NCBI GenBank assembly: GCA_020439405.1 | Contig: JAGQSS010000001.1 | Location: 31,189 to 95,188 of the forward strand | Source of the DNA: Ilumatobacter sp. | GTDB lineage: Bacteria; Actinomycetota; Acidimicrobiia; Acidimicrobiales; Ilumatobacteraceae | Direction: 5' to 3' | DNA length: 64,000 bases | Shown: positions 1-10,402 of the stretch, in pieces | Layout of the letters: the number at the start of each line of letters is the position of its first letter | How positions within the stretch are numbered: the first letter of the stretch is position 1 | The notes under the pieces: generated by a model | Seen by the model: the letters and a program-made list of their open reading frames with translations, nothing else | Told to the model about the DNA's origin: nothing | The model's database searches: none | Translations under genes and position numbers: made by a program

Positions 1-247
1 CCCGAGCGGCCCAGACGACCGGCATGCCGTCGGCGAGGCACATGTCGGCGCGACGGAGGATCGACAAGACCGCCGCATCGCCGAGTCCGTTGACGAGGAA
101 GTCGACGTTGACGGTGGCGACCTGGTGGGTCGTGCCGCGCTGCCGTCCGAGGGTGGCGAGTTCGACGATTCGATCGACCACCGAGTCGTTGTCGACATGT
201 GAGATCGGGACGCCGAACACCAGCGATGGTGGGAGTGCGTCGGTCAC
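1..247 (-). CDS. WecB/TagA/CpsF family glycosyltransferase (5' part only, runs off the window)
   Basis: Manual translation from GTG at 247, which overlaps the upstream TGA as GTGA: MTDALPPSLVFGVPISHVD...VATVNVDFLV...ADMCLADGMPVVWAAR. TxNVD and ADGMPVVWAAR are WecB/TagA motifs. Not in the ORF track. Confidence 0.88.
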   Translation of the reverse strand, partial: MTDALPPSLVFGVPISHVDNDSVVDRIVELATLGRQRGTTHQVATVNVDFLVNGLGDAAVLSILRRADMCLADGMPVVWAAR

Positions 248-1527
248 GGCGATTCCGTCGCTCGGCGAGTGCGCACCCAGTCGGTCGTGCCTCCGGGGAG
301 CAGTGACCGCAGCCATAGTGCGGTCTTCCAGGCCACGATCCGCGGCGCATCGAGCAGGCTTCGGTAGTGCGACCGGTCGGCCCCGACCGCGGCCAGGCCG
401 CCGATGGCGTGGGCCGCGACGAGTGCGACGCACGCGCCGGATACCAGAACCGTGCGGCGATCGCCGGTTCTGCCGAGCGCGGCGCCGGGCAAAGCGAGCG
501 CAGCGGCGGTCATGTGAGCGGTGAACAGGACCGACAGCGGGGGGAGCGTCAGGTCGAACATTGCGTCGGCGAGCGCGCGACGGGTCGACGGGCCGGCACC
601 ATCGCGCCACGCCGACGAGATTCGGGGCAGGAATCGCCGGGCGATCTCGATCCGACCGCGTTCCCATCGGCGCTGCTGCGATTCCGACTGGTCGAGCGCG
701 GTCGGCATCTCCGCCCGGACGATCGCGTCGGCGACATACTCGACCATGACGCCGTCGAGCAGCAGTTCGATCTGCAGCTCGGCGTCCTCGACGAGGTGGT
801 TCGACCACGGCCGGTCGTGCAACACGTCGGGTTTGAAGGCCATCCCGTTGCCGTACAACCCGCACGATCCACCCAGGCGGCGCCGACCGAGCGACCGGAC
901 GTGGTGGCGACACGCCAGCGCGGCGTAGCGGAAGCTGGTCGCCGGCGAGGCGTCCGGATCTCGAACCGAGTAGAAACCCTGTGCGACCGCGACCTTGCCG
1001 GTACGGAACACCTCGTCCATGGCCACGAAGAAGTCTGGGTCGACATCGGTGTCGGCGTCGACGACGACCACGACGTCACCGACGCGGTCGGACGTCTCGA
1101 GCCGATCGAGGAGCCAGTTCAGCGCCGGACCCTTCCCGGGTGCCGTCGTGTCCGCTCGTTCGTGCACCTCGAAACCGTTCCGTCGGACCACGTCGGCCGT
1201 GGCGTCCGTGCAGTTGTCGGCGACCACGTGAACGGCGAGGAGCTCCGCCGGATAGTCGGCGGCGGCGATCGAACGCAGCGATCGACCGATGCCGTCGGCT
1301 TCGTCGTGGGCAGGCATGAGGAGCGTGAACGACGTGGACGGTCGGCGGTCGCGTCGCGCGGCTCGAACCCGCCGCGTCCCGATCGCGCCGAGCACGGTGA
1401 CGTAGCCGACCGGAATCGCGGCGACCGTCGAGATCGCCGCGCCGCCCAGGCCGATCGCAGCGGCCGCTGCACGTGTCGAGTTCATCGGTCGGAGGAACGC
1501 GTCGATGTCCCGTGACGAACGCTGCAT
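244..1527 (-). CDS. GT2 family glycosyltransferase (membrane-associated)
   Basis: LMPAHDEA, VADNCTD, GKGPALN, VDAD, LVED and QQRRW motifs, with hydrophobic segments at both ends. Start may be 1484. Confidence 0.9.
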   Translation of the reverse strand: MQRSSRDIDAFLRPMNSTRAAAAAIGLGGAAISTVAAIPVGYVTVLGAIGTRRVRAARRDRRPSTSFTLLMPAHDEADGIGRSLRSIAAADYPAELLAVHVVADNCTDATADVVRRNGFEVHERADTTAPGKGPALNWLLDRLETSDRVGDVVVVVDADTDVDPDFFVAMDEVFRTGKVAVAQGFYSVRDPDASPATSFRYAALACRHHVRSLGRRRLGGSCGLYGNGMAFKPDVLHDRPWSNHLVEDAELQIELLLDGVMVEYVADAIVRAEMPTALDQSESQQRRWERGRIEIARRFLPRISSAWRDGAGPSTRRALADAMFDLTLPPLSVLFTAHMTAAALALPGAALGRTGDRRTVLVSGACVALVAAHAIGGLAAVGADRSHYRSLLDAPRIVAWKTALWLRSLLPGGTTDWVRTRRATESP

Positions 1528-1621
1528 CCCGCCATGGCGCGCATCGTAGCGGCCGCCGTGACGGTCGGTCCGTGACGACGGCAGCTACGGTGACGCCGGT
1601 GACCCCCCGGTTCGATCCGAC

Positions 1622-2173
1622 ATGAACGTGCCACGACGGTTGTCACACGCCGTCAGGGAGGAGGTTTCGTCGTTCCGGCCGCGGCGGAGCGTCGCGCTCA
1701 CGGTCGCAGCCCTCGTGCCCGAACTCGTCGGCAATCGGTTCCGCGCCCGACTTCTCCGGCTCGGGGGCATCACCGTCGGACCCGGGACGACGATCGGCGG
1801 GCGGATCACCGTGTCCGGAGGCGACGAACTCCGGATCGGGGGTGGCTGTTGGATCAACGCGGGCTGCCGATTCGACACGTCCGCGTCGATCGAGATCGGC
1901 GACGGGTGCGCCTTGGCGCAGGAGGTCGTCGTCCTCACGAACACCCACGAGATCGGCGGGCCGGAGCGCCGCGCCGCAGGGTTGAGGAGCATGTCGGTTC
2001 GAATCGGCGACGGGGCATGGCTCGGAGCGCGCGCGATCATCCTTCCGGGCGTGCACGTCGGTGCGGGTTCGATCGTTGCCGCCGGCGCGATCGTCACCCG
2101 TGATGTCGAACCCGACACGGTGGTCGCCGGCTCGCCGGCCAGACCGCTCCGCCGGCTCGATCCGAGCGGCTGA
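1622..2173 (+). CDS. Hexapeptide-repeat O-acyltransferase (maltose/galactoside acetyltransferase-like)
   Basis: IG.G hexapeptide repeats, TNTH, IGDGAWLGARAIILPGV and VAGSPAR. Confidence 0.88.
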   Translation: MNVPRRLSHAVREEVSSFRPRRSVALTVAALVPELVGNRFRARLLRLGGITVGPGTTIGGRITVSGGDELRIGGGCWINAGCRFDTSASIEIGDGCALAQEVVVLTNTHEIGGPERRAAGLRSMSVRIGDGAWLGARAIILPGVHVGAGSIVAAGAIVTRDVEPDTVVAGSPARPLRRLDPSG

Positions 2174-2180
2174 GTCGAGG

Positions 2181-2729
2181 TCAGCTGCCACGGACGACCG
2201 GGCGTGCAGGGATCCCGACCACCGTCGCTCCCGGTTCGACGTCGTGGACGACCACGGCGTTGGCGCCGATCGATGCTCCGTCGCCGATCGTGATGCCGCC
2301 GAGGACCCGCGCTCCGGCGCCGACGAAGACGCCGTCGCCGACCGTCGGCCATCGGGCGTCGTTGCGCGTGCCGAACGTGACGCCTGCGATCACGGTGACG
2401 TTCTCCCCGACGTGCTCGGCCACGAGGACACATCCGACGGGATGCGCGATGTACAAACCGCCGCCGGCGTCCATGCCCGGAGGGATCTCGAGTCCGTACT
2501 TGACCAGCAGACGTCGTTGGATGAGTCCGGGGATGCTGCGCATCCGGCACCGGTTGGCGAGCGCGGCGACGCGAAACCAGACGACGGCCCGGAACGACGG
2601 GTGTCGGACGAGCAGACGCATGATGACGGTCGGTGTCACCTCGTCGTCGTCGGCGATCTGCTCCGGGCGAACCCATCGGGCCGCGTCGCGACGGATGAGG
2701 CGTCGACATTCCTCGACGTGTTCTCTCAA
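2181..2729 (-). CDS. Serine O-acetyltransferase-like (WcaB/EpsC-type) polysaccharide acetyltransferase
   Basis: GLEIP..GGGLYIAHPVG, PTVGDGVFVGAGARVLG and VVGIPAR. TTG start at 2729 is inferred; the longer ORF overlaps the opposite-strand gene. Confidence 0.82.
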   Translation of the reverse strand: MREHVEECRRLIRRDAARWVRPEQIADDDEVTPTVIMRLLVRHPSFRAVVWFRVAALANRCRMRSIPGLIQRRLLVKYGLEIPPGMDAGGGLYIAHPVGCVLVAEHVGENVTVIAGVTFGTRNDARWPTVGDGVFVGAGARVLGGITIGDGASIGANAVVVHDVEPGATVVGIPARPVVRGS

Positions 2730-2879
2730 CGGTCCACCGCTCCGGACGCCTCCATCGGAGCCGAATGTACCTCGGTGCGACGCCGAGTGCGCCGAGGCCT
2801 GCCCCCTCGAAATACTCAAGTTCTCGTCAACGGGGTCCGATAGGGTCTTCGGCTGTTCGAGCGGCGGGAGACGAGCGAT

Positions 2880-3458
2880 TTGGAAGCGAGCGTGGAAACG
2901 ACATACGTGCACCCCTCGGCAACGGTCGAGGAGGGCGCCGATGTGGGCGAAGGCACCAAGATCTGGGCCAATGTCCAGATACGCCGCGGCGCTCGAATCG
3001 GCCGCGAGTGCGTCTTCGGACGAAACAGTTTCGTCGATGTCGACGTGACGGTGGGCGACCGGGTCAAGGTGCAGAACAATGCGTCGCTCTACGAGGGCGT
3101 CACGCTCGAGACCGGGGTCTTCATCGGCCCGCACGTCGTGTTCACGAACGATCTCGTGCCGCGGGCCATCAACCCCGACGGCACGCTCAAGAACACCGAC
3201 GACTGGGTGCTCGGTCGCACGATCGTGCGGCGGGGAGCGGCCTTGGGCGCGTGTACCGTCGTCGTCACCGGCGTCGAGATCGGTGAGTGGGCGATGGTCG
3301 GGTCCGGAGCAGTCGTGACTCGCGATGTCCCGGCCCATGCCTTGGCCGTGGGCAACCCTGCCCGTGTGATCGGCTACGTGAGCGCGTCGGGACAACGATT
3401 CGACACCGCCGAGGCGGCCGCTGCGGCCACCTCGGTCGAGACGGAAGGAACGTCATGA
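2880..3458 (+). CDS. Hexapeptide N-acetyltransferase, WbpD/QdtC-like
   Basis: YVHPSATVEEGADVGEGTKIW, VKVQNNASLYEGV, VFTND..PR and VGNPARVIG. Start may be GTG 2892. Confidence 0.88.
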   Translation: MEASVETTYVHPSATVEEGADVGEGTKIWANVQIRRGARIGRECVFGRNSFVDVDVTVGDRVKVQNNASLYEGVTLETGVFIGPHVVFTNDLVPRAINPDGTLKNTDDWVLGRTIVRRGAALGACTVVVTGVEIGEWAMVGSGAVVTRDVPAHALAVGNPARVIGYVSASGQRFDTAEAAAAATSVETEGTS

Positions 3459-4486
3459 TCGGTGTGGGAGTGATCGGATACGGCTATTGGGGGCCGAACC
3501 TGGTGAGGAACTTCGCTCAAGTGAACGGCGGCGCCGTCGTCGCCGTGTGCGATGCGAACGAGAAGCGACTCGAGGTCGTCGAGAAGCTGTATCCGGCGGT
3601 GGCGACCTACCGCACGGTCGACGAAATGCTCGCCGACCCGGCGGTCGACGCGGTCGCGATCGCGACGCCGGTGAGTTCGCACTTCCCGCTGGCCGAGGCA
3701 GCGCTCCTCGCCGGCAAGCACGTGTTCGTCGAGAAGCCGTTCACCCGGACCTCGGCCGAGGGGGAGCGACTCATCGAGCTGGCCACCGATGCCGGGCTGA
3801 CGCTGATGGTCGACCACACGTTCATCTACACGAGCGCCGTTCGCAAGATCCACGAACTGATCACGACCGGTCAACTCGGTCAGTTGCACTACTACGACTC
3901 GGTGCGCGTCAACCTCGGTCTGTTCCAGAGCGACGTCAGCGTGATGTGGGACCTGGCGGTCCACGACTTGTCGATCATGGATTTCCTGCTCGGCATCGAC
4001 CCGATCACCGTCGCGGCGACCGGCGTCGCCCACGTCGCCGGTCAGCCGGAGAACATGGCGTACATCACGTGCATGTTCCCCGACAATCTCATCGCCCACT
4101 TCCACGTGAACTGGCTCGCACCTGTGAAGGTCCGGCAGACGCTCGTCTGCGGTTCCGAGAAGATGGTGGTGTTCGACGACGTCGACATGAGTGAGAAGGT
4201 GAAGGTGTACGACAAGGGCGTCATCCTCGACGAGGACCCGCGTGAGGTGTATCAGAAGCACGTGGGGTACCGCACGGGCGACATGTGGGCGCCGCGCCTC
4301 GACAACGTCGAGGCATTGGCGCTCGAGACCCAGCACTTCGTCGACTGCATCGTCGACGGGACGACACCGGACTCCGACGGCCACGCCGGACTCCGCGTCG
4401 TGCGGATCCTCGAGGCGGCACAGGAATCGATGACGCACAACGGGCTCCCGGTCGAGGTCCCGAAGATGCGGACGGTGGCCCGATGA
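3455..4486 (+). CDS. Gfo/Idh/MocA family oxidoreductase (WbpB-like nucleotide-sugar C3 dehydrogenase)
   Basis: GYGYWG Rossmann motif, EKP and DLAVHD; ATGA overlap with the upstream gene. Confidence 0.9.
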   Translation: MIGVGVIGYGYWGPNLVRNFAQVNGGAVVAVCDANEKRLEVVEKLYPAVATYRTVDEMLADPAVDAVAIATPVSSHFPLAEAALLAGKHVFVEKPFTRTSAEGERLIELATDAGLTLMVDHTFIYTSAVRKIHELITTGQLGQLHYYDSVRVNLGLFQSDVSVMWDLAVHDLSIMDFLLGIDPITVAATGVAHVAGQPENMAYITCMFPDNLIAHFHVNWLAPVKVRQTLVCGSEKMVVFDDVDMSEKVKVYDKGVILDEDPREVYQKHVGYRTGDMWAPRLDNVEALALETQHFVDCIVDGTTPDSDGHAGLRVVRILEAAQESMTHNGLPVEVPKMRTVAR

Positions 4487-5613
4487 CCGGACCGTCCGAG
4501 ACGCCTGCGCCCGTCCCGTTCGTCGACCTGCGAGCGCAGTACCACTCGATCAAGGACGAGATCGATGCCGCCGTGATCGGCCTGTTCGAGAGCACGCAGT
4601 TCGTGCTCGGCAGCGAGGTCGCGGCATTCGAGTCGTTGTTCGCACCGTACGCCGGGGCCGAGATCGCCCTCGGCACCAGTTCGGGCACGAGCGCGTTGCA
4701 TCTGGCGTTGCTCGCTGCCGGGATCGGTCCGGGCGACGAGGTGATCACGACACCGCACACGTTCATCGCGTCGGTCTCGGCGATCGACTACTGCGGCGCG
4801 ACGCCCGTCTTCGTCGACATCGATCCCGTCTCGTTCACGATCGACCCGGCGGCGATCGATGCCGTCGTGACCGATCGCACCAAGGCGATCCTCCCGGTCC
4901 ACCTGTACGGGCAGACCGCCGACATGGACCCGATCATCGATGTCGCGAGTCGACGCGGACTGTCGGTCGTCGAGGACGCGGCGCAGGCGCACGGCGCCGA
5001 GTACGCCGGACGACGCGCCGGATCGATCGGCGACGCCGGCTGCTTCAGCTTCTACCCCGGCAAGAACCTCGGCGCCTACGGCGAGGGCGGCGCGGTCACG
5101 ACCAGCGACCCCGAGCTGGCGCGCCGGGTCCGGATGCTCCGCGACTGGGGGGCCGAGGAGAAGTACCACCACGTCCTCAAGGGGTTCAACTATCGCCTCG
5201 AGGGTGTCCAGGGCGCCGTGCTGCGCGTCAAGATGGCCTACATCGAAGCATGGACCGAGGCCAGGCGGGCAGCCGCCCGCCGCTACGACGAGTGGCTCGC
5301 CGACGTGGACGTCAGGACGCCGACCGAGGTCGATGGGCGGCGCCACGTGTACCACGTCTACGCGATCCGCACCGACGACCGGGCCGGACTGATGAGCTTC
5401 CTCGCCGACCGCGACATCGCATCCGGCATCCACTACCCGATCCCGGTGCACCTGCAGGAGGCGTTCGCCGAACTCGGTCACGGACGCGGCGACTTCCCCG
5501 AGGCGGAGTCGGCGGCCGATGAGGTGGTGTCCCTGCCGATGTTCCCCGAGATCACCCCCGACCAGCAGGAACGTGTCGTCGACGCGGTCCGCGACTGGTG
5601 CACGAGTCGCTGA
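4483..5613 (+). CDS. DegT/DnrJ/EryC1/StrS aminotransferase (WbpE-like)
   Basis: [38 protein letters not shown] (PLP lysine); ATGA overlap. Confidence 0.93.
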   Translation: MTGPSETPAPVPFVDLRAQYHSIKDEIDAAVIGLFESTQFVLGSEVAAFESLFAPYAGAEIALGTSSGTSALHLALLAAGIGPGDEVITTPHTFIASVSAIDYCGATPVFVDIDPVSFTIDPAAIDAVVTDRTKAILPVHLYGQTADMDPIIDVASRRGLSVVEDAAQAHGAEYAGRRAGSIGDAGCFSFYPGKNLGAYGEGGAVTTSDPELARRVRMLRDWGAEEKYHHVLKGFNYRLEGVQGAVLRVKMAYIEAWTEARRAAARRYDEWLADVDVRTPTEVDGRRHVYHVYAIRTDDRAGLMSFLADRDIASGIHYPIPVHLQEAFAELGHGRGDFPEAESAADEVVSLPMFPEITPDQQERVVDAVRDWCTSR

Positions 5614-5626
5614 ACGGAGACGAGCG

Positions 5627-6601
5627 ATGACGAGTTTCGACAAGGTCGTGGTGACCGGCGGCGCCGGGCTGATCGGCTCCCACATCGTCGACCTGCTGGT
5701 CGCCGGTCGGGAGGACGGCTCCTACGGCGACATCGTCGTGTTCGACAACCTCACCCGTGGACGAATGTCGAACCTGGCCGAGGCGATGGCACGTGGTCCG
5801 GTGGAGGTGATCGACGGCGACGTTCGCGACGTCGCTGCTGTCGATCGTGCGATCGACGGTGCCGACCTGGTGTTCCACCTGGCTGCGATCCGCATCACGC
5901 AATGTGCAGAAGATCCGCGTCTGGCCCACGACGTGCTCGGCACGGGGACGTTCAACGTCGTCGACGCAGCGCACCGGGCCGGAGCGCGCAAGATCGTCGC
6001 CTCGTCAAGTGCGTCGGTCTACGGGCTGGCGGAGCAGTTCCCGACGACCGAGTCGCACCACCCGTACAACAACCGGACGCTGTACGGCGCGCTCAAGGTG
6101 TACAACGAGGGACTGCTGCGCTCGTACCACGACATGTACGGACTGCCGTACGTCGCGCTCCGCTACTTCAATGTGTACGGCCCACGTATGGACACGATCG
6201 GGGTGTACACCGAAGTGCTCATCCGTTGGATGAACCGGATCGTCGCCGGTGAGCCGCCGTTGATCTTCGGCGACGGCAAGCAGACGATGGACTTCGTGTT
6301 CGCCACCGACATCGCGCGGGCCAACATCCTCGCGGCGCAGAGCGACGTCATCGACGAGGTGTTCAACGTCGCGAGCGCCACCGAGACGAGCCTGAACGAC
6401 CTCGCTGCCGCACTGTGCACGGTCATGGGCTCCGACCTCATGCCGGAGTACGGCCCCGAACGGTCCGTCAATCCGGTGCCCCGGCGCCTGGCCGACGTGT
6501 CGGCCGCACGTGAGCGGATCGGGTTCGAGGCCGAGGTCGATCTGGAGGAGGGCCTCCGTCGGCTCGTCGAATGGTGGAGCGCTCTCGAGGAACGGCCATG
6601 A
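5627..6601 (+). CDS. NAD-dependent epimerase/dehydratase (extended SDR)
   Basis: TGGAGLIG, SSASVYG, YGALK (YxxxK) and LRYFNVYGP. Confidence 0.92.
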   Translation: MTSFDKVVVTGGAGLIGSHIVDLLVAGREDGSYGDIVVFDNLTRGRMSNLAEAMARGPVEVIDGDVRDVAAVDRAIDGADLVFHLAAIRITQCAEDPRLAHDVLGTGTFNVVDAAHRAGARKIVASSSASVYGLAEQFPTTESHHPYNNRTLYGALKVYNEGLLRSYHDMYGLPYVALRYFNVYGPRMDTIGVYTEVLIRWMNRIVAGEPPLIFGDGKQTMDFVFATDIARANILAAQSDVIDEVFNVASATETSLNDLAAALCTVMGSDLMPEYGPERSVNPVPRRLADVSAARERIGFEAEVDLEEGLRRLVEWWSALEERP

Positions 6602-7764
6602 CGGCGCCCGTCGCCACCGTGCCGATCGCCAAGCCGGTGATGGGCCAACCGGAGGCCGATGCCGCACAACGGGTCATCTTGTCGGGCTGGATCACGCAGG
6701 GTCCGGAAGTGGCGGCGTTCGAGTCGGAGTTCGCCGAGTTCGTGGGCGCCACACACGCCACCGCAGTGTCGAACTGCACGACGGCGCTGCATCTCGCGCT
6801 CCTCGGGGTCGGTGTCACGTCCGGCGACGAGGTGATCACGGTGTCGCATTCGTACATCGCCACGGCGAACGCCGTGACCTATTGCGGTGCCACACCGGTC
6901 TTCGTCGACGTCGACCGTGACACGAAGAACATCGACTCGGCCTTGGTCGAAGCGGCGATCACCGAACGGACCGCCGCCATCCTGTGCGTGCACCAGGTCG
7001 GCCTGCCGTGCGACCTCTCGTCGCTCGCCGCCATCGCCCGTCGTCACGGACTACCGCTCGTCGAGGACGCGGCGTGTGCGATCGGGAGCGAGATCCGCTG
7101 GGATGGCGACTGGCAGCGAATCGGTCGTCCGCACGGCGATGTCGCGTGCTTCTCGTTCCACCCGCGCAAGGTCATGTCGACCGGCGACGGCGGGATGTTG
7201 ACCACCGACGACGCCGAACTCGACGCCCGGTTCAAACTGCTCCGCCAACACGGCATGTCGGTGAACGACCGGGCCCGTCACACCTCCTCGAGCATCATCT
7301 TCGAGGAACACGCCGTGATCGGTTTCAATTACCGGATGACCGACATCCAGGCGGCTGTCGGCCGTGAACAGCTCAAGCGCATGGCCGGGATCGTGGCGAG
7401 GCGCCGCGAGATCGCGGCGACCTACGACACTGCGTTCCAGGAGGTCGAGGGGATCGAGCCGCCGTTCGAACCGGAGTGGGCACGTACCAACTACCAGAGC
7501 TACATCGTGCGAATCCCGGACGGTGTCGAGCAGCGCGACTTCATGCAGCGCCTCCTCGACGACGGTGTCTCGTCGCGACGCGGGATCATGAACGCACACC
7601 GCGAGGCGCCGTACCGCGGCGTCCACGACCTCCCGGTCTCGGAGTGGGCGCAGGATCGACACGTGGTGTTGCCGTTGTACCCCGCGATGACCGACGACGA
7701 GATCGAGCGAGTGATCGCGACCGTCTCGCTGACCGCGCGAACTCCGGGAGCCGTGGCCGGGTGA
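6598..7764 (+). CDS. DegT/DnrJ/EryC1/StrS aminotransferase (second copy)
   Basis: NCTTALHL, EDAACAIG, FSFHPRKVMSTGDGG and GFNYRMTD; ATGA overlap. Confidence 0.93.
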   Translation: MTAPVATVPIAKPVMGQPEADAAQRVILSGWITQGPEVAAFESEFAEFVGATHATAVSNCTTALHLALLGVGVTSGDEVITVSHSYIATANAVTYCGATPVFVDVDRDTKNIDSALVEAAITERTAAILCVHQVGLPCDLSSLAAIARRHGLPLVEDAACAIGSEIRWDGDWQRIGRPHGDVACFSFHPRKVMSTGDGGMLTTDDAELDARFKLLRQHGMSVNDRARHTSSSIIFEEHAVIGFNYRMTDIQAAVGREQLKRMAGIVARRREIAATYDTAFQEVEGIEPPFEPEWARTNYQSYIVRIPDGVEQRDFMQRLLDDGVSSRRGIMNAHREAPYRGVHDLPVSEWAQDRHVVLPLYPAMTDDEIERVIATVSLTARTPGAVAG

Positions 7765-9506
7765 CCGGTCCGACGTCCAACGTCGACGTCTTCGAACGGC
7801 TTCGCGGCTACGACGTACCGCCCCCACCCGATTTCGCCGATGTCACCTCACCGGAGGTCCTCGAGCGGTACGGCATCAGTGGCCGGCCGCTGAGCCGGGC
7901 GCTGGCCGGAACAGTATTCGCCGCATCCGGTCTGCGGTCATTCGCGCGGATGCCCGACGTCGATCGCGAGCGCGTCCTCCGAGCCGCCGATTCGCGCCGT
8001 TACGACCACCCATTGGCGCTCGTCGCCACCCTGACACTCCGAGACGACCCGCTCCATCGAACGCTGCGTTCGCGCGCCACGAGCCTGGTCGTGGCGGCGG
8101 CATCGCTCGCCGTCGAGGTTCGGAGCGGCAGGTACGAGCAGATCCGGCGTCCATCCGGGGCTCCGGAGGAGATGGGCCAGTACCCCAACCTGTTCGGGAC
8201 GGGACTGCACTTCGTCGGCCCGGAGACCGAGTTCCGCCGAACCTCCTCACCGTCCTCACTCGCCGTCGCGTGTCGGGGCCGCCTGTTCCTCGTCGAATTC
8301 GGGCCGCTCTCGACCTGGAGCGCCGCTCGTATCGACGACGCGCTCGGTCGCATCCTCGACGACGACACGCCCGGCAACCAGCCGTTCGGGCTGGTGTCGG
8401 CGACCTCCGAGCACGTTCGCGGACCTCTGATCGACCGGATCCGATCGGAATCCGCGGGCGCTCGAGTGCTCGATCGGCTCGAGGAAGCGCTGTTCACGTT
8501 ATGTCTGCACCCGGACGACGACGGCGGGACGCCGTCCGAACTGTTCGCGAGTGTGCACGGTCGTGTCAACGTCGACCGGTGGTTCGGGTCGAGTCTCCAG
8601 TTCGTCGTGCACCGCGACGGTGGGGCGGCGGCGATCGCCAACTTCCGAGCCTGGCTCGATGGGAACACCATGATTCGCGGTGTCGGTGACATCAGCCGGG
8701 GAGCGCGATCCGTTCCGACGATCTCGGCGCCGGATCGGTCAGCGAGCGCGGCGATCGACGAGTTGAGAGCGGAACTGCCGGAATCGATCGCCGAGAGGGC
8801 AGCGATCGATGTCGCAGGGCACCTGCGCGCGTGGTCACGTCCGCTCGCCGATATGCCGTGGGGTGAAGCCGACCTTCGTGCGGAGGGGGTCGCCGCCGTC
8901 GACTCGTTCACGATCGCTGTCGCCCTCGCTGTCCGTCGACGTGTCGGAACGGTTCCGATGATCGGCCAGGCGGTTTCGGCGTCGGGGTTCGCGTGCGGTG
9001 AACTCCAGTTCGCACAGGTGCCTGCGTCGGAGTTCGGCGCCGCGATCGACGCGCTGACCGATCCGTATCGCCCCATCGAGGAGCGGGCGGCGGCAGTACG
9101 CGAGGCCGCGATAGCACATCGTCAGGCTCTTCGACAGGTCCGCAGTGTGGTGCAAATCGATGCACTCCGTCGCATCCGTGACGCCTCCCGAACACAGCAG
9201 TGGCCACGACGGTTGGAGGACCTCGGGCTCCGGCTCCTCCGCGGACTGCGGTGGTTCGACCCCACCACGCCGTCGGTGTTGCTGTCGCACCCGACGATCG
9301 ATGAGGAGTTCACGGCCTTGGGTCGCCCGGGCGCATTGATGCCGTGGTGTCGCCACTACGCGTTGCACTACCGCATCGGTGACCGAACGACGCAGGTTGC
9401 GCTCGCCGGTGGACCTGAGCTCTCCGAGTCGGACGACGAGGTGTGGTCCGATCTCGAACGTGCGCTCGCCGACGTGGTCGCCGCCGTCGACGGGCTCAGG
9501 CCATGA
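7761..9506 (+). CDS. Choline/carnitine O-acyltransferase-fold protein (divergent)
   Basis: MGQYPNLF, AVACRGRLF, LEEALFTLCL and HG..NVDRWFGSSLQFVVHRDG...NFRAWLDG resemble the CrAT/CPT motifs (MxQYxxLF, IExALFxLCLD, NRWFDKSLQF, EHSxxDG). GTGA overlap with the DegT gene. Confidence 0.72.
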   Translation: MTGPTSNVDVFERLRGYDVPPPPDFADVTSPEVLERYGISGRPLSRALAGTVFAASGLRSFARMPDVDRERVLRAADSRRYDHPLALVATLTLRDDPLHRTLRSRATSLVVAAASLAVEVRSGRYEQIRRPSGAPEEMGQYPNLFGTGLHFVGPETEFRRTSSPSSLAVACRGRLFLVEFGPLSTWSAARIDDALGRILDDDTPGNQPFGLVSATSEHVRGPLIDRIRSESAGARVLDRLEEALFTLCLHPDDDGGTPSELFASVHGRVNVDRWFGSSLQFVVHRDGGAAAIANFRAWLDGNTMIRGVGDISRGARSVPTISAPDRSASAAIDELRAELPESIAERAAIDVAGHLRAWSRPLADMPWGEADLRAEGVAAVDSFTIAVALAVRRRVGTVPMIGQAVSASGFACGELQFAQVPASEFGAAIDALTDPYRPIEERAAAVREAAIAHRQALRQVRSVVQIDALRRIRDASRTQQWPRRLEDLGLRLLRGLRWFDPTTPSVLLSHPTIDEEFTALGRPGALMPWCRHYALHYRIGDRTTQVALAGGPELSESDDEVWSDLERALADVVAAVDGLRP

Positions 9507-10402
9507 GCGTGCCGGCCGCCTCGGTCGTGGTCTGCACCCGAAATCGACCCGACGATCTCGAACGCTTGTTGGTATCGATCGAGTCGAACGTAGCCGACGA
9601 TGTCGAGGTGATCGTCGTCGACCAGAGCGATTCGGCGAGTGTCCGGGCAGCGTCGGCGCGAGTGCGTCACATCCGAACCGACACGGTGGGATTGTCGGTC
9701 GCTCGAAACGTCGGACTCCGCGCAGCGACTGCGCCGATCGTGGTAATGACCGACGACGATTGTGAGGTCACGCCGGGTTGGGTCGAGCACATGAGCGCAC
9801 CGTTCGCCGACGAGACCGTCGCATTGGCCTACGGGAGAGTCACCGCTGGACCGGCGGACTGGTCGATGGGCTTCATCCCGATCAGCGACATTCGGATCCG
9901 CCGGCGCATCGATCGATTGCGGTCTCACGATCCCCGCGTCGGGATCGGGGCGAACATGTCACTTCGTCGCGACGTCGCGCTCGCGATCGGGGGCTTCGAC
10001 GAGCGACTCGGCGCCGGTGCCGATTTCGTCGCCGGCGAGGAAATCGACATGGCCTTGCGGCTACTGCGACGAGGGCACGCCATCATGCTCGAGCCGGGCG
10101 CCGAGGTCGTCCACCACGGCTTCCGGACATTCGAACAAGGTCGACAACTCGTGCGAGGGTACGCCCTGGGCAGCGGTGCGGCCTATGCGAAGTTGCTCAA
10201 GTGCGGTCACGTCGGCGTGGGGGCGTCCTTCGCCCGGTCGGTGAGCGGACTGCTCCTCGAACCGACCATCGGCGCGATTCGTCGAAAGGAGATCCCTCGG
10301 GTCCTCGGGAGGGCGCGCTACCTCGCGGCCGGGGTCTGGAGGGGATTCAGGGCGCCGGTCGATCGGACCGTCGGCAACTTCCGACCTCCGGCACGCGGAT
10401 GA
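9503..10402 (+). CDS. GT2 family glycosyltransferase
   Basis: SVVVCTRNR, VVDQS, ARNVG, TDDD, GANM and GGFDERLG. Confidence 0.92.
   Translation: MSVPAASVVVCTRNRPDDLERLLVSIESNVADDVEVIVVDQSDSASVRAASARVRHIRTDTVGLSVARNVGLRAATAPIVVMTDDDCEVTPGWVEHMSAPFADETVALAYGRVTAGPADWSMGFIPISDIRIRRRIDRLRSHDPRVGIGANMSLRRDVALAIGGFDERLGAGADFVAGEEIDMALRLLRRGHAIMLEPGAEVVHHGFRTFEQGRQLVRGYALGSGAAYAKLLKCGHVGVGASFARSVSGLLLEPTIGAIRRKEIPRVLGRARYLAAGVWRGFRAPVDRTVGNFRPPARG

Noticed and set aside
367-1515. Long antisense or alternative-frame ORFs throughout (e.g. 367-1515, 44061-46505, 52120-53958, 30409-31818)
   Set aside because: Shadow ORFs of high-GC genes: Arg/Pro/Ala-rich, without motifs, and overlapping well-supported genes.
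2181-2729. cysE (cysteine biosynthesis)
   Set aside because: Short, lacks the CysE N-terminal domain and sits in a glycan locus, so more likely WcaB/EpsC-like.
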